Made by a program: the position numbers and the translations under genes. Below, piece by piece: positions 42,469-53,453 of a stretch of 64,000 nt of DNA. This stretch comes from Gemmatimonadetes bacterium 13_1_20CM_4_69_16. Its GTDB lineage: Bacteria; Gemmatimonadota; Gemmatimonadetes; Gemmatimonadales; GWC2-71-9. The stretch is taken from contig MNIR01000083.1 of NCBI GenBank assembly GCA_001919865.1, positions 6,216 through 70,215 on the forward strand, written 5' to 3'. Numbering within the stretch: position 1 is the stretch's first letter; every line of letters begins with the position of its first letter. The notes under the pieces are model-generated. The model was not told where the DNA came from, did no database searches, and worked only from the letters and a program-made list of their open reading frames with translations.

Positions 42469-44137
42469 ATCTCCGCTCCAGCTCGCCCTTCGGCAGCTGC
42501 ACGATGGTGGGCCGCCCGTGCACGTCGTGCGCGGGGAGCGACGCCGTGAGCAGCCGGCCCACGAGGTCGCGCATCTCCGCCAGCTCGAGGTGCTGTCCCG
42601 CCTTGATCGCCGCCCGACAGGCGAACATCGCTCCGAAGCGCTCGAGCCGGTTCGCGAGGCCCCCCCCCCCGGACCGGCCGCCCGCGAGGTCCGCCACGAG
42701 CTCCTGGAGGCAGCGCGCGGCGTCGAAGCGCGGATGCGGGTTGGGCGCCGTATGCACCACCACGGCCCGCCCGGAGAACGGCTCGATCTCGTATCCCACT
42801 CGCCCCAACAGCTCGCGGTGGGAGTCGATCGCGTCCAGCTCGGGCGGCGCGAACTGGAGCGTGAGGGGCAGGAGCAGGCGCTGGGCCGGGGCGCCGTCGC
42901 CCGTGAGCTGGCGCATCACTGTTTCGTACAGCACCCGCTCGTGCGCCGAGTGTTGGTCCACGATCGCTATCCCCTGGGCGGTCTGGAACAGGATGTAGGT
43001 GTCGAACACTTGGAGCAGAGATGGGGCTCGGGGCTCGGGACTCGGGGGTCGGGAGTCCGCCGCAAATAGGTCGAGGGGCACAGCAACGCCGTTCCAGGAC
43101 ACCCGATCCCCGAGCCCCGAGTCCCCAGCCCCAAGCGGCGCAGCCGCGACCAGCGGTCCCAGGGCCCGCCGCACCGCCTCCTCCACGACCTTTTCCACGA
43201 AGAACTTCTCGCGGAACCGTACCTCGAGCTTCGCCGGATGGACGTTCACGTCCACGGCGTCGCCCGGCAGGTCGAGAAACAGGACCAGCGACGGCCGGTC
43301 GCCGGGCGCGAGGGTCGATCGGTAGCCGGCTTCCGCTGCGCGTACGATGAACGGATCGCGGATCGGGCGACCGCGCACGAACACGTAGCCCTTGCGGCCC
43401 GCCGGCCTCGCCTGCGCGGGGCGTTGCGCGAAGCCGCGCACTTCGAGCGGCCCCTCGCAATGGGCGACCGGGAGCAGGGTGTCCACGACCTCGCTGCCCC
43501 AGAGGGCGGCCAACCGCTCGAGCGGCCCATCGGCGGGTGGCACGTCGAGCAGGGCGCGGTCGTCGCTCGTGAGCGTGAACGCGATGTCGGGACGGGTCAG
43601 GGCAAGGACGCTGAGCGCTTCGACGACCGCGCGAGTCTCCGTCGCCTGGGCGCGCAAGAACTTCCGCCGGGCGGGCGTATTGAAGAACAACGCGCGCACC
43701 GTCACCGTCGTCCCGCGCTGCCGCACCGCATCCTCCACCGCCTCACGCTTTCCCCCCACGACGCGGATCCGCGTGCCGGAACGGCCGTCGGGGGAGGTCT
43801 CGAGCTCGAAGCGCGCCACGGAGGCGATCGCCGGGAGCGCCTCGCCCCGGAAACCGAACGTCGCTACTCCGATCAAGTCCGTGGCATCGCGGATCTTGCT
43901 CGTGGCGTGGCGCGACAGCGCGAGCTCGGCATCCACGCGGCTCATCCCCTCGCCGTCGTCGCTCACGCGGATGAGTGTCTTGCCGCCGTCTTCCATCTCG
44001 ACCCGGATGGCCCGGGCGCCGGCGTCGAGCGCGTTCTCGACCAGCTCCTTCACGACCGAGGCTGGCCGCTCGACCACCTCACCCGCCGCGATCTGATCGG
44101 CGACCTGAGGCGCGAGCACCGCGACCTTCGCCGTCAC
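42455..44137 (-). CDS. mutL: DNA mismatch repair protein MutL
   Basis: Track ORF 42455..44341 trimmed to the GTG at 44137 (GTGA overlap). QIAAGEVVERPASVVKELVENALDAG, DDGEGM, C-terminal DQHSAHERVLYE. Confidence 0.9.
   Translation of the reverse strand: MTAKVAVLAPQVADQIAAGEVVERPASVVKELVENALDAGARAIRVEMEDGGKTLIRVSDDGEGMSRVDAELALSRHATSKIRDATDLIGVATFGFRGEALPAIASVARFELETSPDGRSGTRIRVVGGKREAVEDAVRQRGTTVTVRALFFNTPARRKFLRAQATETRAVVEALSVLALTRPDIAFTLTSDDRALLDVPPADGPLERLAALWGSEVVDTLLPVAHCEGPLEVRGFAQRPAQARPAGRKGYVFVRGRPIRDPFIVRAAEAGYRSTLAPGDRPSLVLFLDLPGDAVDVNVHPAKLEVRFREKFFVEKVVEEAVRRALGPLVAAAPLGAGDSGLGDRVSWNGVAVPLDLFAADSRPPSPEPRAPSLLQVFDTYILFQTAQGIAIVDQHSAHERVLYETVMRQLTGDGAPAQRLLLPLTLQFAPPELDAIDSHRELLGRVGYEIEPFSGRAVVVHTAPNPHPRFDAARCLQELVADLAGGRSGGGGLANRLERFGAMFACRAAIKAGQHLELAEMRDLVGRLLTASLPAHDVHGRPTIVQLPKGELERRFGRS
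43023..43132. repeat. inverted arrays of tandem heptamers inside the mutL linker
   Basis: GGGGCTC GGGGCTC GGGACTC GGGGGTC GGGAGTC (43023-43057) and GACACCC GATCCCC GAGCCCC GAGTCCC CAGCCCC (43098-43132), with a 40-nt spacer. Confidence 0.8.
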
Positions 44138-46479
44138 AGCGGCAGCACTTCCGTCGCGAGGACCCAGCCGTGCACGCCATCCTGACGCCTCACCTCGAGC
44201 CAGGCGCCCGTGCGGCGTTGGATCACGAGCGCCGCGCCTGCCTCGAGCGTGCTGCCGGCGCTCGCGGCGCCATACGGCGCGACGCGCACCGCGGTCCCGG
44301 CGCTCGCCACCACCGCGACGGGGCGGACGCGTTGCCGCCACTCACGCAAGGCGAGTCCGGCGCAGCCCGCGGTGACCAGACCGAGCAGGATCACCACGAT
44401 CCCCCGCCGGCGGCTCAGCACCGCGAGCCACAGGACCACCCATCCGGCGGCCCCGGCCAGCGCCCACTCGGCGGGCGTGGCAACGCCGGTGGCGAGCAGC
44501 GGGTCGCTCGCCGCATCGGGCGGCGGCAGGAACTGCCGCGCCCGCCGCACCAGGGGCGCGCGCGGCGCCAACCGGGCGGCGCGCGTCCACGCGGCCATCG
44601 CCTTGCCGTCCGCCCCGGCGCGATACAGCGTGGCGCCGAGGTTGTACCAGTGGGCCGCGACGCGCGGCTGCGCCGCGGCGCGAGCCGCGAAGGAATCCGC
44701 CGCGGCGCGCAGTGCCCCGACCTCGTACAGCGCCTCGGCGCTCGGCGCTTGTGCCGCGACGGCTCGCGGCGTGACGAGCGCCAGGAGACCCAGCGCCACC
44801 AGCAGCCGGCGACGCCGGCTCGCGCGCGGCTCCGCCCCCAGCGCCTTGAGCACCTGTGTGAGCTCGGCCGACAGCTCGACCGCATCGCCCAGCCCTTGCG
44901 GCCCGTAGCGGGCAGCGCGCAGCCGATCGCGCAGCCGCATCACGTGATCCGCCACGGCACTCTCTACGCCCGCGGCGCGCAGTGCGCGGGCGAGGCCATC
45001 GCCGTCGCGTGCCACGGGATCGGGCACGTGGCTCGCCAGCAGCCCGAGGAACTCCCGTTCCAGCCGCCCCAGGCGCGACAGCGGCGGCGCGTCGGGCTCC
45101 TCGGTGGAGGCAGCGCCCCAGCGCGCAGCCCGACGCCGCCGCAGCCACACGAGCAGCGGGGGCCCGACCAGCAGCGCCGCCCACCCCAGGGGAAACAGCT
45201 GGGCGGCGATCGCGTCCACCCAGGCTTCGCCCCTCGACCGGTCGAGGGGCGGCAGCGGGCGCGCCGCCCTGGGCTCCGCACCCTGAGCCACGGCGAGCGG
45301 GCGCGGCGCCGCGCGAGCGGCCGTGTAGGCGCCGGCCGTGAGATCGTAGTAGGTGTAACGCACCTCGGGCAGTAGGAAGGAGCCCGCGGAGTCCGCCACG
45401 ACGAGGTAGTGGAACGTTTTGCTCCCCGCCATCCTGCCGCCACGCGGCTCGACCCGCACGGTCGCCTCCCCCGGATAGGCACGGAACCCGACGGGCCAGT
45501 GGATCACGGGCTCCGGCCAGAGGGCCACGTTGCCCACGCCCGAGACCGTGGCAGTCGCGTCCAACGGCTCCCCCACCCGAGCTTCGGTCGGCTGGACGGC
45601 CACCTCGAGCGCGAGCTCCTGGGCCGTCACGCGCCGATCGTCGGCGCTGCGGTCGGCGCCGGGCAGCGGCAGCACGGTGACGAGCACTGAGTCGCTCTTC
45701 AGGAAGTAGCGCTCTTCGCGGCTGAAGAACGAGAACGTCACGGGGACGCCGTACTCGACCGTCGCGGTCGGGATCGTCACCCGGCCCGCCACCAGCGGAA
45801 ACACGACCTGGTGAGCGACGTACAGATCCATCCAGCCGCCCCGCACGAGCCGCGAGGCGACCACGTCACTGGGGGCCGCGCCGGGATACGACCACACGCC
45901 CTCGGGAGTCTGCAACGTGAGAATCGGGGCCCGGCGCAATCGCGTGCGCAGCGAGCGGGGGAACCACGCCGCGGCGAGCACGTCGAGCTGCGCGCCCGCC
46001 AGCACTGTGTCGCTCGGGAGGATCACCGCCAGGACGACGCGATCGTTACGCGCCGGCGGTGCGGCGGCGGCGATCAGCCGGCGCGCCGGCGGGCTCAGCG
46101 CCGCGGCGACCCCGGTCGCCGCGCTGTCGACCGCGATTGCGATCGCTTCGGTGGCCACGGTCCGCGCAGCTTGACGCGCCCGCACCGGGCCGATCACGAG
46201 AGTCCCCGCCCGCTCGGCCCGTAACCGCAGCTCGCGGGTCGTCGTCCGGGTCGGCCCGAGCGTCCCTTCGAGCGAGACTTCGGTGACCTCGCGGGAGCCC
46301 ACGATCGCAAACCCGGTCAGCGCGGGCAGCGTGAGGCCGACCGGCTCCGCCGAGCGGGTGCGCGCCCGGACGGTGAGGGTCAGCTCCTCGCCGGTGGCGA
46401 GCCGGACGCGATCCACCCGCGCCTCCAGGTTCAGCGGCGGTCCTTGCAGGGCGACGAGCAACCAGAGGGCGCCCCTCAC
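44134..46479 (-). CDS. BatD-like protein fused to a BatE-like TPR/TM/SH3 module
   Basis: 781-aa track ORF. N-terminal BatD-type repeated beta domains, a TM segment, TPR-like AHWYNLGATLYRAGADGKAMAAW, a TM segment, and a C-terminal SH3b-like AWLEVRRQDGVHGWV. Confidence 0.65.
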   Translation of the reverse strand: MRGALWLLVALQGPPLNLEARVDRVRLATGEELTLTVRARTRSAEPVGLTLPALTGFAIVGSREVTEVSLEGTLGPTRTTTRELRLRAERAGTLVIGPVRARQAARTVATEAIAIAVDSAATGVAAALSPPARRLIAAAAPPARNDRVVLAVILPSDTVLAGAQLDVLAAAWFPRSLRTRLRRAPILTLQTPEGVWSYPGAAPSDVVASRLVRGGWMDLYVAHQVVFPLVAGRVTIPTATVEYGVPVTFSFFSREERYFLKSDSVLVTVLPLPGADRSADDRRVTAQELALEVAVQPTEARVGEPLDATATVSGVGNVALWPEPVIHWPVGFRAYPGEATVRVEPRGGRMAGSKTFHYLVVADSAGSFLLPEVRYTYYDLTAGAYTAARAAPRPLAVAQGAEPRAARPLPPLDRSRGEAWVDAIAAQLFPLGWAALLVGPPLLVWLRRRRAARWGAASTEEPDAPPLSRLGRLEREFLGLLASHVPDPVARDGDGLARALRAAGVESAVADHVMRLRDRLRAARYGPQGLGDAVELSAELTQVLKALGAEPRASRRRRLLVALGLLALVTPRAVAAQAPSAEALYEVGALRAAADSFAARAAAQPRVAAHWYNLGATLYRAGADGKAMAAWTRAARLAPRAPLVRRARQFLPPPDAASDPLLATGVATPAEWALAGAAGWVVLWLAVLSRRRGIVVILLGLVTAGCAGLALREWRQRVRPVAVVASAGTAVRVAPYGAASAGSTLEAGAALVIQRRTGAWLEVRRQDGVHGWVLATEVLPL

Positions 46480-48128
46480 CAGTCCTTCACTCCTGGTTCC
46501 GCAGCGCGCCGCTGCCGCCCGCTACGGTCGCGACGCGTCTGCAACTCCTGCTGACCGATGGTGCGGAGGATCTGCTCCGCCTGAGTCTGGCTCAATCCGC
46601 CCGCCCGTCCCCCTGCCGCGACTGTGCCGCCTCCCGTCGTTTCGCCGCTCGGCGGCGCACCCCCCCCTCCGCCACCCCCGGAGGGAGCGTTCGTCTTGCT
46701 GCTTCCTCCGCCGCGGCGGCGCACGGCCAACTCGAGGTTCCATTTTGCCGGCCGGTGTGCGGGGTTCAGCAGCAACGCCTCCCGGTAGGCACGCTCGGCT
46801 TCGGCGAGGTGCGCGTCGCGGTTGATGCTGTCCGCGACCGCCACCTTCAGCGCCAGCAGGCCGAGGTTGTACAGCGCGCGAAACCGAATGTCTGGGTCGA
46901 GCGACGCGGCGGCGCGGGCGAGGGCCGGCTGCGCGGTCTCCACGTCACCACCCACCAGTGCCGCGGTGCCGGCGTTGTACCAGGCGCTGTCGTCCTGGCG
47001 GCGCCGGGCGAGCTCCGCGAGATAAGCGGCGCGTGCGTGCACCAGGTCACCCCGATCCCACGCCCGCTCTGCTTGGCTGCGCGGCCGAGTCGAGTCCTGG
47101 GCCGCCGCCGGCCACGCGCACAACATCGCCAGGGCGATCAGCGCCGCGGTGCGGCGCGACGCCGCCTGCGCCACCAGCACCATCACCGCGAACAACAGCG
47201 GCACCCAGGCCCGGGGCCGGCCGCGCTCGGTGCGTGTCTCGCTCGCGCGCGCGCGCTTGTACGCCGCCACGAGGTCGCGCACCGCGCCCGCCTGGTCCGG
47301 CAGCTCGGCGGCGACGATGGTCCCTTGGGCGGCGTCCGCGACCGCGCCGAGGATGTCGTCGCGGCGCGACGTCTGGATCACCTGGCCGGCTTCGTCCCGC
47401 TGCCACCCTTGGAGCGCCCCGTGCTGGTCGCGCACCGGGATGCGGGTCGCCGTACGCCCCCCCTCGGCGACGAGAATCAGGTGGACGCCCACCGCGCGGA
47501 GGTGTTCCGCCTGCGCCACGACGCCGGGGAGGGTGTCGTGCGCTTCGCCATCGGTGAACACCACGAGGACGCGATCGGCCTGCTCGGAGCCTGCCCCCAG
47601 CAGCTCCCCCCCCTGCTGCAGCGCGGCGGCGAGCCCGGTGCCCCCCTGGGAAGCGACATCCGGGTCGAGGGCATCGAGGTACAACCCCAGAGCGGAGCCG
47701 TCGACCGAGAGCGGCGACAAGATGTAGCTCGAGCCCGCGAACACCACGAGCCCGAGGTGGTCGCCGTTCAGGTCCTGCACCAGCCGGCGCGCCTCGCGCG
47801 TCGCACGACCCAGCCGATTCGGGTTGGCGTCTTCGGCGAGCATGGAGCGCGAGATGTCGACGGCGATGGCGAGCGAGAGTCCGCGGCTCTCCGCCACGAC
47901 GTTCTCTTCACCCCAGCGAGGTCCCGCGAGCGCCACGACGCCGAGGAAGGCGGAGAGCGAGAGCGCGGTCGGGCCCAGCCGCCCGGCCGCGAGCGCGGCC
48001 CGCACTGTCTCCTCGGACCAGAGCGCGGCGCGACGGATCCGCGCCCGGCGTGCCCAGGCGGCGCCGAACCACACGGCGCCCCCCAACAGCGGCGCGAGCG
48101 CGAGCACGGCCGGTGCGTCGAAGCTCAT
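46476..48128 (-). CDS. VWA-domain protein BatB-like fused to a BatC-like TPR region
   Basis: 550-aa track ORF. MIDAS LAIAVDISRSM, GGTGLAAAL, VVFTDGEAHD, a TM segment, then TPR-like repeats. Confidence 0.7.
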   Translation of the reverse strand: MSFDAPAVLALAPLLGGAVWFGAAWARRARIRRAALWSEETVRAALAAGRLGPTALSLSAFLGVVALAGPRWGEENVVAESRGLSLAIAVDISRSMLAEDANPNRLGRATREARRLVQDLNGDHLGLVVFAGSSYILSPLSVDGSALGLYLDALDPDVASQGGTGLAAALQQGGELLGAGSEQADRVLVVFTDGEAHDTLPGVVAQAEHLRAVGVHLILVAEGGRTATRIPVRDQHGALQGWQRDEAGQVIQTSRRDDILGAVADAAQGTIVAAELPDQAGAVRDLVAAYKRARASETRTERGRPRAWVPLLFAVMVLVAQAASRRTAALIALAMLCAWPAAAQDSTRPRSQAERAWDRGDLVHARAAYLAELARRRQDDSAWYNAGTAALVGGDVETAQPALARAAASLDPDIRFRALYNLGLLALKVAVADSINRDAHLAEAERAYREALLLNPAHRPAKWNLELAVRRRGGGSSKTNAPSGGGGGGGAPPSGETTGGGTVAAGGRAGGLSQTQAEQILRTIGQQELQTRRDRSGRQRRAAEPGVKDW

Positions 48129-49108
48129 CAGGGCACCCGCACCGCGAGCGTCGCGGCGAGCACGATCTCGAGCCCGAGGGCGACGAGCCCGAGCGCGAGC
48201 GGCACGCGATAGCTCTCTTCGAACCGACGGTACACCAGCTGCTCGACGCTCGACTTCTCGAGCCGGTTGATCTCGTCGAACACGTGCCGCAGTGACTGCG
48301 TGTCGGTGGCGCGGAAGTACCGCCCGCCGGTCATCCGCGCGATCTCGGTCATCAGCGGCTCATCGATCTCCACCGGCATCATCTGGTAGCGCAGCCCTTC
48401 GAGCCCCTGCCCCGTCGGCACCGGGGCCTCCCCACGCGTCCCCACGCCGATCACGTAGATCTTGATCCCGAACGTGGCGGCCGCCTGCGCGGCGGTGCGC
48501 GGGTCCACCGTGCCCCGGTTGTTCACGCCGTCGGTGAGCAGCACGATGACCTTGCTCTTGCCGGGGGCGCGTCGCAACCGGTTCGCCGCGGTGGCGATCC
48601 CGGTGCCGATCGCAGTGCCGTCCTCGAGCATGCCGATGCGCAGGTCGCGCAGCGCTTGCTCGAGCACGGCATAGTCGGTGGTGATCGGGACCTGGGTGAG
48701 CGCCTGCGCCGCGAACGCCACCAGCCCGATGCGGTCCGATTTCCGCGCCCGGACGAAGTCGATCGCGGTCTGCTTGGCGACGTCGATGCGATTGGCGGGG
48801 GCGAAGTCTTCCGACAGCATGCTGCTCGAGAGGTCGATCGCGAGCACGATCGAGATCCCCTCGCTCCGGGCCTGGGCACGGGCCGACCCGACGCGCGGCC
48901 CCGCGGCCGCGACGATCCAGGCGCCGAGGCACAGGCTGCGCAGCGTGACGGGGAGCCGGGCAACCCACAGGCGCTCGCTCACGCCCGCCGCCGGGCGCAC
49001 GTCGCTCATGCGGGTGCCCCGCAGCCGGCCCAGCCGGCGGGCACGGACCCACCACCACAGCGGCAGCGCGGCGAGCCCAAGCAATAGCAACGGCCGGGCG
49101 AAGCTCAC
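48128..49108 (-). CDS. VWA-domain protein BatA-like
   Basis: Track ORF 48128..49267 trimmed to the GTG at 49108 (GTGA overlap). IVLAIDLSSSM, DGTAIGTG, VLLTDGVNN, and a C-terminal TM segment. Confidence 0.8.
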   Translation of the reverse strand: MSFARPLLLLGLAALPLWWWVRARRLGRLRGTRMSDVRPAAGVSERLWVARLPVTLRSLCLGAWIVAAAGPRVGSARAQARSEGISIVLAIDLSSSMLSEDFAPANRIDVAKQTAIDFVRARKSDRIGLVAFAAQALTQVPITTDYAVLEQALRDLRIGMLEDGTAIGTGIATAANRLRRAPGKSKVIVLLTDGVNNRGTVDPRTAAQAAATFGIKIYVIGVGTRGEAPVPTGQGLEGLRYQMMPVEIDEPLMTEIARMTGGRYFRATDTQSLRHVFDEINRLEKSSVEQLVYRRFEESYRVPLALGLVALGLEIVLAATLAVRVP

Positions 49109-49944
49109 GGCGCGATCTCCTGCGCGAGGCGGCGCGCCATCTGCGCGAGCCCCGCCAGGTCGGTCCCGTGGGCAGAAGCGAAGGCGACGCGGTCGAGTTG
49201 CTCGAGCAGGGCACGCAACTCGCGTAGCGGGGAGCTGGGCCGCGCCCGCTCGACCGCTGCGAGGCACTCGGCCGTGCTGAGGGCGAGTCGCGCATCCGGG
49301 ATCGCCCGCGCGAGAGCGACCCGTAGTCGGTACGTCGCCCGGGCCGCCACCGCCTTCGGCTCGCCAGCCGCGAGCCAGCGGGCGTCCGGCACCTCATGTT
49401 CCAGTGGAACTGGAGGCGGCGGCGGCACCGTCAGGGGCGCGCGGCGACGCCACCTCAGCCCCGCCGCCAAGATCGCGCCCGCCACGAGCAGCGCCGCCGC
49501 GACGGGCAACGCACTGCGGCGCGCGCCTCGGACAGGCGCGAGGGCGCCCCGCGGCTGCGGGCCGCGCACCGTATCGGGGATGACACTCCCGACGAGAAAG
49601 CGGGCGACCCCCCCCGGGACGGAGTCCGCCCGACCATCGGGACCCAAGCGCCAGACCGGAGGAAGCGTCAGCACGTGCGTCCCCGGCGTCCACGCGACGA
49701 TCGGATAGCGCACCAGCCAGCCGTCGCGGGTGCGTCGCACCGCCGGCTCGGCCAGCGGCTCGGCCTGCTCCGTGGCGTCGAGCTTTCCGGCCCGGATGCG
49801 CCACCCCGCCGGCACCACGATCTCCCGCTCGAGCCAGACCGTGTCGCCCACGGTCGGGGTCGCCGGCGTCGCGGTCCACTCTCCCCCCTGCAGTGGTGCC
49901 AGGCGCCAAACCGCGAGGACGCCCAGCAGAGCGACCCACTTCAT
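49105..49944 (-). CDS. membrane protein of Bat operons (DUF4381-like position)
   Basis: Track ORF 49105..50556 trimmed to the ATG at 49944 (ATGA overlap). Signal MKWVALLGVLAVWRLAP and one central TM segment. Assigned by position between the DUF58 and BatA genes. Confidence 0.5.
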   Translation of the reverse strand: MKWVALLGVLAVWRLAPLQGGEWTATPATPTVGDTVWLEREIVVPAGWRIRAGKLDATEQAEPLAEPAVRRTRDGWLVRYPIVAWTPGTHVLTLPPVWRLGPDGRADSVPGGVARFLVGSVIPDTVRGPQPRGALAPVRGARRSALPVAAALLVAGAILAAGLRWRRRAPLTVPPPPPVPLEHEVPDARWLAAGEPKAVAARATYRLRVALARAIPDARLALSTAECLAAVERARPSSPLRELRALLEQLDRVAFASAHGTDLAGLAQMARRLAQEIAP

Positions 49945-50878
49945 CGCAGCAGTCGCCGCGCCCGCTCCGCGAACGCGCGGCGCAGCGGCACGGCGTAGGG
50001 CACACTGGTGTGCAACGCCACGCGGTCCACGCCCGCCTGAATCAGCTTGCGGGACCGCTCCTGGAGCTGCCGCTCCGCGGCGACACGCACGCGCGTCCGA
50101 CTCGGGCCGTAGCTCGTGTCGAGCAGGATGCGTTGGCCGGTCTCCGCGTCCTCCATATCGACCCAGCCCGCGTCCGGAAGGTCGCGTTCCCGTGGGTCGT
50201 CCAGGGTGATCGCGACCACGTCGTGGCCAGCGGCGAGCTGCGCCAGCGGGTCCTCCCACGCCTCCGCGCGGAAATCGGAGAGCACCACCACGATTGCCCG
50301 GTGGCGCAGCAGCTTCCCGGCGTAGCGCAGCGCTTCCGCCAGGTTCGTTCCCTTGCCGCGCGGCCTGAAGGCCACGAGATCCCGGATCACGCGGAGGGCG
50401 TGGGGCCGTCCCTTGGAGGGGCGCACCACGAACTCGACCTTGTCGGCGAACATCAGGGCCCCCACCCGGTCGTTGTGGCGCGCAGCGGCGAGGGCCAACA
50501 CCGCCGCCACCTCGACCCCGAGCCCCGCCTTCGTGTAAGGGCGCCCGAAATGGCACGAGCCCGATTGGTCCACCACGAGCAGGAGCGTGATCTCGCGCTC
50601 TTCGTGGAACGTCTTGACGAACGGGTGACCCATCCGCGCCGACACATTCCAGTCGATCGAGCGGAAGTCGTCGCCCTGCTGGTAGGCGCGCACCTCGGCG
50701 AACTCGATGCCTTGGCCGCGGAACACCGAGCGGTATTCGCCGGTGAAGAGCGTGTTGACGAGGCTGCGCGTGCGGAGCTCGATCCCCTTTACTTGCCGCA
50801 GCACCTCGGCGGTAACCATCCGCCGGCGCGCGCGGACCGGGGACGTGACGCCACTACGTCGCTCTCGTCCCTCGTAGC

Positions 50879-50882
<4 letters not shown>
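49941..50882 (-). CDS. DUF58 protein (MoxR-associated, VWA-like)
   Basis: 313-aa track ORF. FRGQGIEFAEVRAYQQGDDFRSIDW is the DUF58 hallmark. Confidence 0.8.
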
Positions 50883-51849
<967 letters not shown>

Positions 51850-51853
<4 letters not shown>

Positions 51854-53448
51854 CGCAATGCCGCTTCCGCCGCTTTGCGCACCGTCGGCTCCTTGTCCTT
51901 GCTGTAGAGTTCGAGCAGCCCCCGCGCCTCGGGCCGCGCAATGTGCCCCAAGCCCTCGATCGCCGCCGCCCGAACCGTGGTACTGCGGCGGTTCATCACT
52001 CCACCCGGCTCGGCGTAGCGCGCCAACACCTCGAACGCTTCATTCGCCCCGAGTCGGCCGATGGCCCGCAGCAACTCTGCCAGTACCCCTTCGTCCGGCT
52101 CCTGCTCCAGCCGTCGGATCAGCACGGTGGTCGAGGCCGGGTCTCCCGCCGCCGCGACCGCGCGCGCCGCCGCCATGCGGACGGACACGCTCTCGTCTTT
52201 AAGGGCCGGCATCGCGGGGCGCGCGATCTCCCGTCCCCCCGCCTCGGTGAGCCCGATCAACGCCGCCTCCCGCACGAACTCCGAGGCGTGGCGCAACAGC
52301 GGCAGCAGCAGGGCCACCGCTTGCGGACTCCCCGTCAGGCTGATGAACTCGGCCGCGGCGGCGGCGACCTCCGGGTTGTTGTCCGCGAGCCGCCCCTGCA
52401 ACGGCTCAAGCGCGCGGTCGGCGGCCTTGCGGATACACGCGCGGTAGGGCGGTCGCAGGTCGACGGCCGTGGCCAGAAACGCGTCGAGCACGAGGGGCAC
52501 TGACACAGCGGCCAGCGCGCCCACCGCCGCGACCAGGGCCTCGCGCTCCTCGGGCGGCACGCGCGGCTCGCCCAGCCGCTGCACCATCCGTTGCACCAGT
52601 GGCCGGTCGGACAGGGCGACCGCAGTCTTGTCGATTGCCTCGAGTAGCACAGGCTCCTGCGCCGTGGTCAACATGCGGTCCAGCGCCGCGATCGCCGCCG
52701 CTACCGGGGCGGTATCGTGCAGCGCGAGCAGCTTGGGCGTGAGCGCCTGCAGCACCTCCACCGCCGCGCGCTGCTCCTCCGGCGTCGCGGCACTCCGCAG
52801 GGCCGCGACCGCTCGCTTCACCTCGACGTCCGCAGGAAGCGCGTCCGGCCGGAAGACCACGCCCGCGCGGCGGCCCATAACGTTGTCGGGCGACGCGGAC
52901 GCGGACGAGGACGGCGCGGGTGGTGGCGGAGCTACTGGGGCGGGCGCGGCGCGGCCCGGCGGGGCGCCGTCAGCGAGAGGCGCCGCCGGCATCGCCTCTG
53001 GTAGCGCGGGCGACCCGGCCGCCGGAGTCGGCGTACGCAACCGCTCGAGCCGTTGCGAGCTGCGGCGTCCCAGGGTAAGCGTGACGCGTCCGAGCGCCGC
53101 GTCGTCGGGCAGAATGGTCCCCATCGCGACGCTGAACAGCGCCAGGACATGCTCCGCCGTCATGCCGGGGTTCAGCGTGACCACCCGGATGCCGCGCGCA
53201 TACAGCAGCCCCGCGAGCTCGGCGATCTGCGCGTTACGCGGCAGCAGGTGCTGGCCGTGCCAATGCAACCCGGTGGCGCCGACCTTCCACTCGACCGTGC
53301 CGAGTGCGGCGAGGAGGGGCAGCGCGTCGCTGATATGGTGCAGCGCTTCGATCACCGCCGGATGGCTGGGCGGGTAGAGCCGGGTCAACCGGAAGGTTGT
53401 ACCGATGGCGCCGAGGGCGCGGTCGATTCCTACGGTATCCACGGCCAT
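51850..53448 (-). CDS. HEAT-repeat protein with N-terminal LYPxxHP domain
   Basis: Track ORF 51850..53499 trimmed to the ATG at 53448. N-terminus FRLTRLYPPSHPAV. C-terminal PBS-lyase-type HEAT repeats (DESVSVRMAAARAVAAAGDP, STTVRAAAIEGLG, EPTVRKAAEAAL). Confidence 0.6.
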
Positions 53449-53453
53449 GTTTG

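Noticed and set aside
43023-43132. Inverted arms as the boundaries of an invertible (phase-variable) DNA segment
   Set aside because: No recombinase or invertase gene is nearby. The bracketed segments are 26-81 nt and lie inside mutL and miaA coding sequence, where inversion would destroy the frame. An RNA- or DNA-structure role, or an element-insertion origin, seems more plausible.
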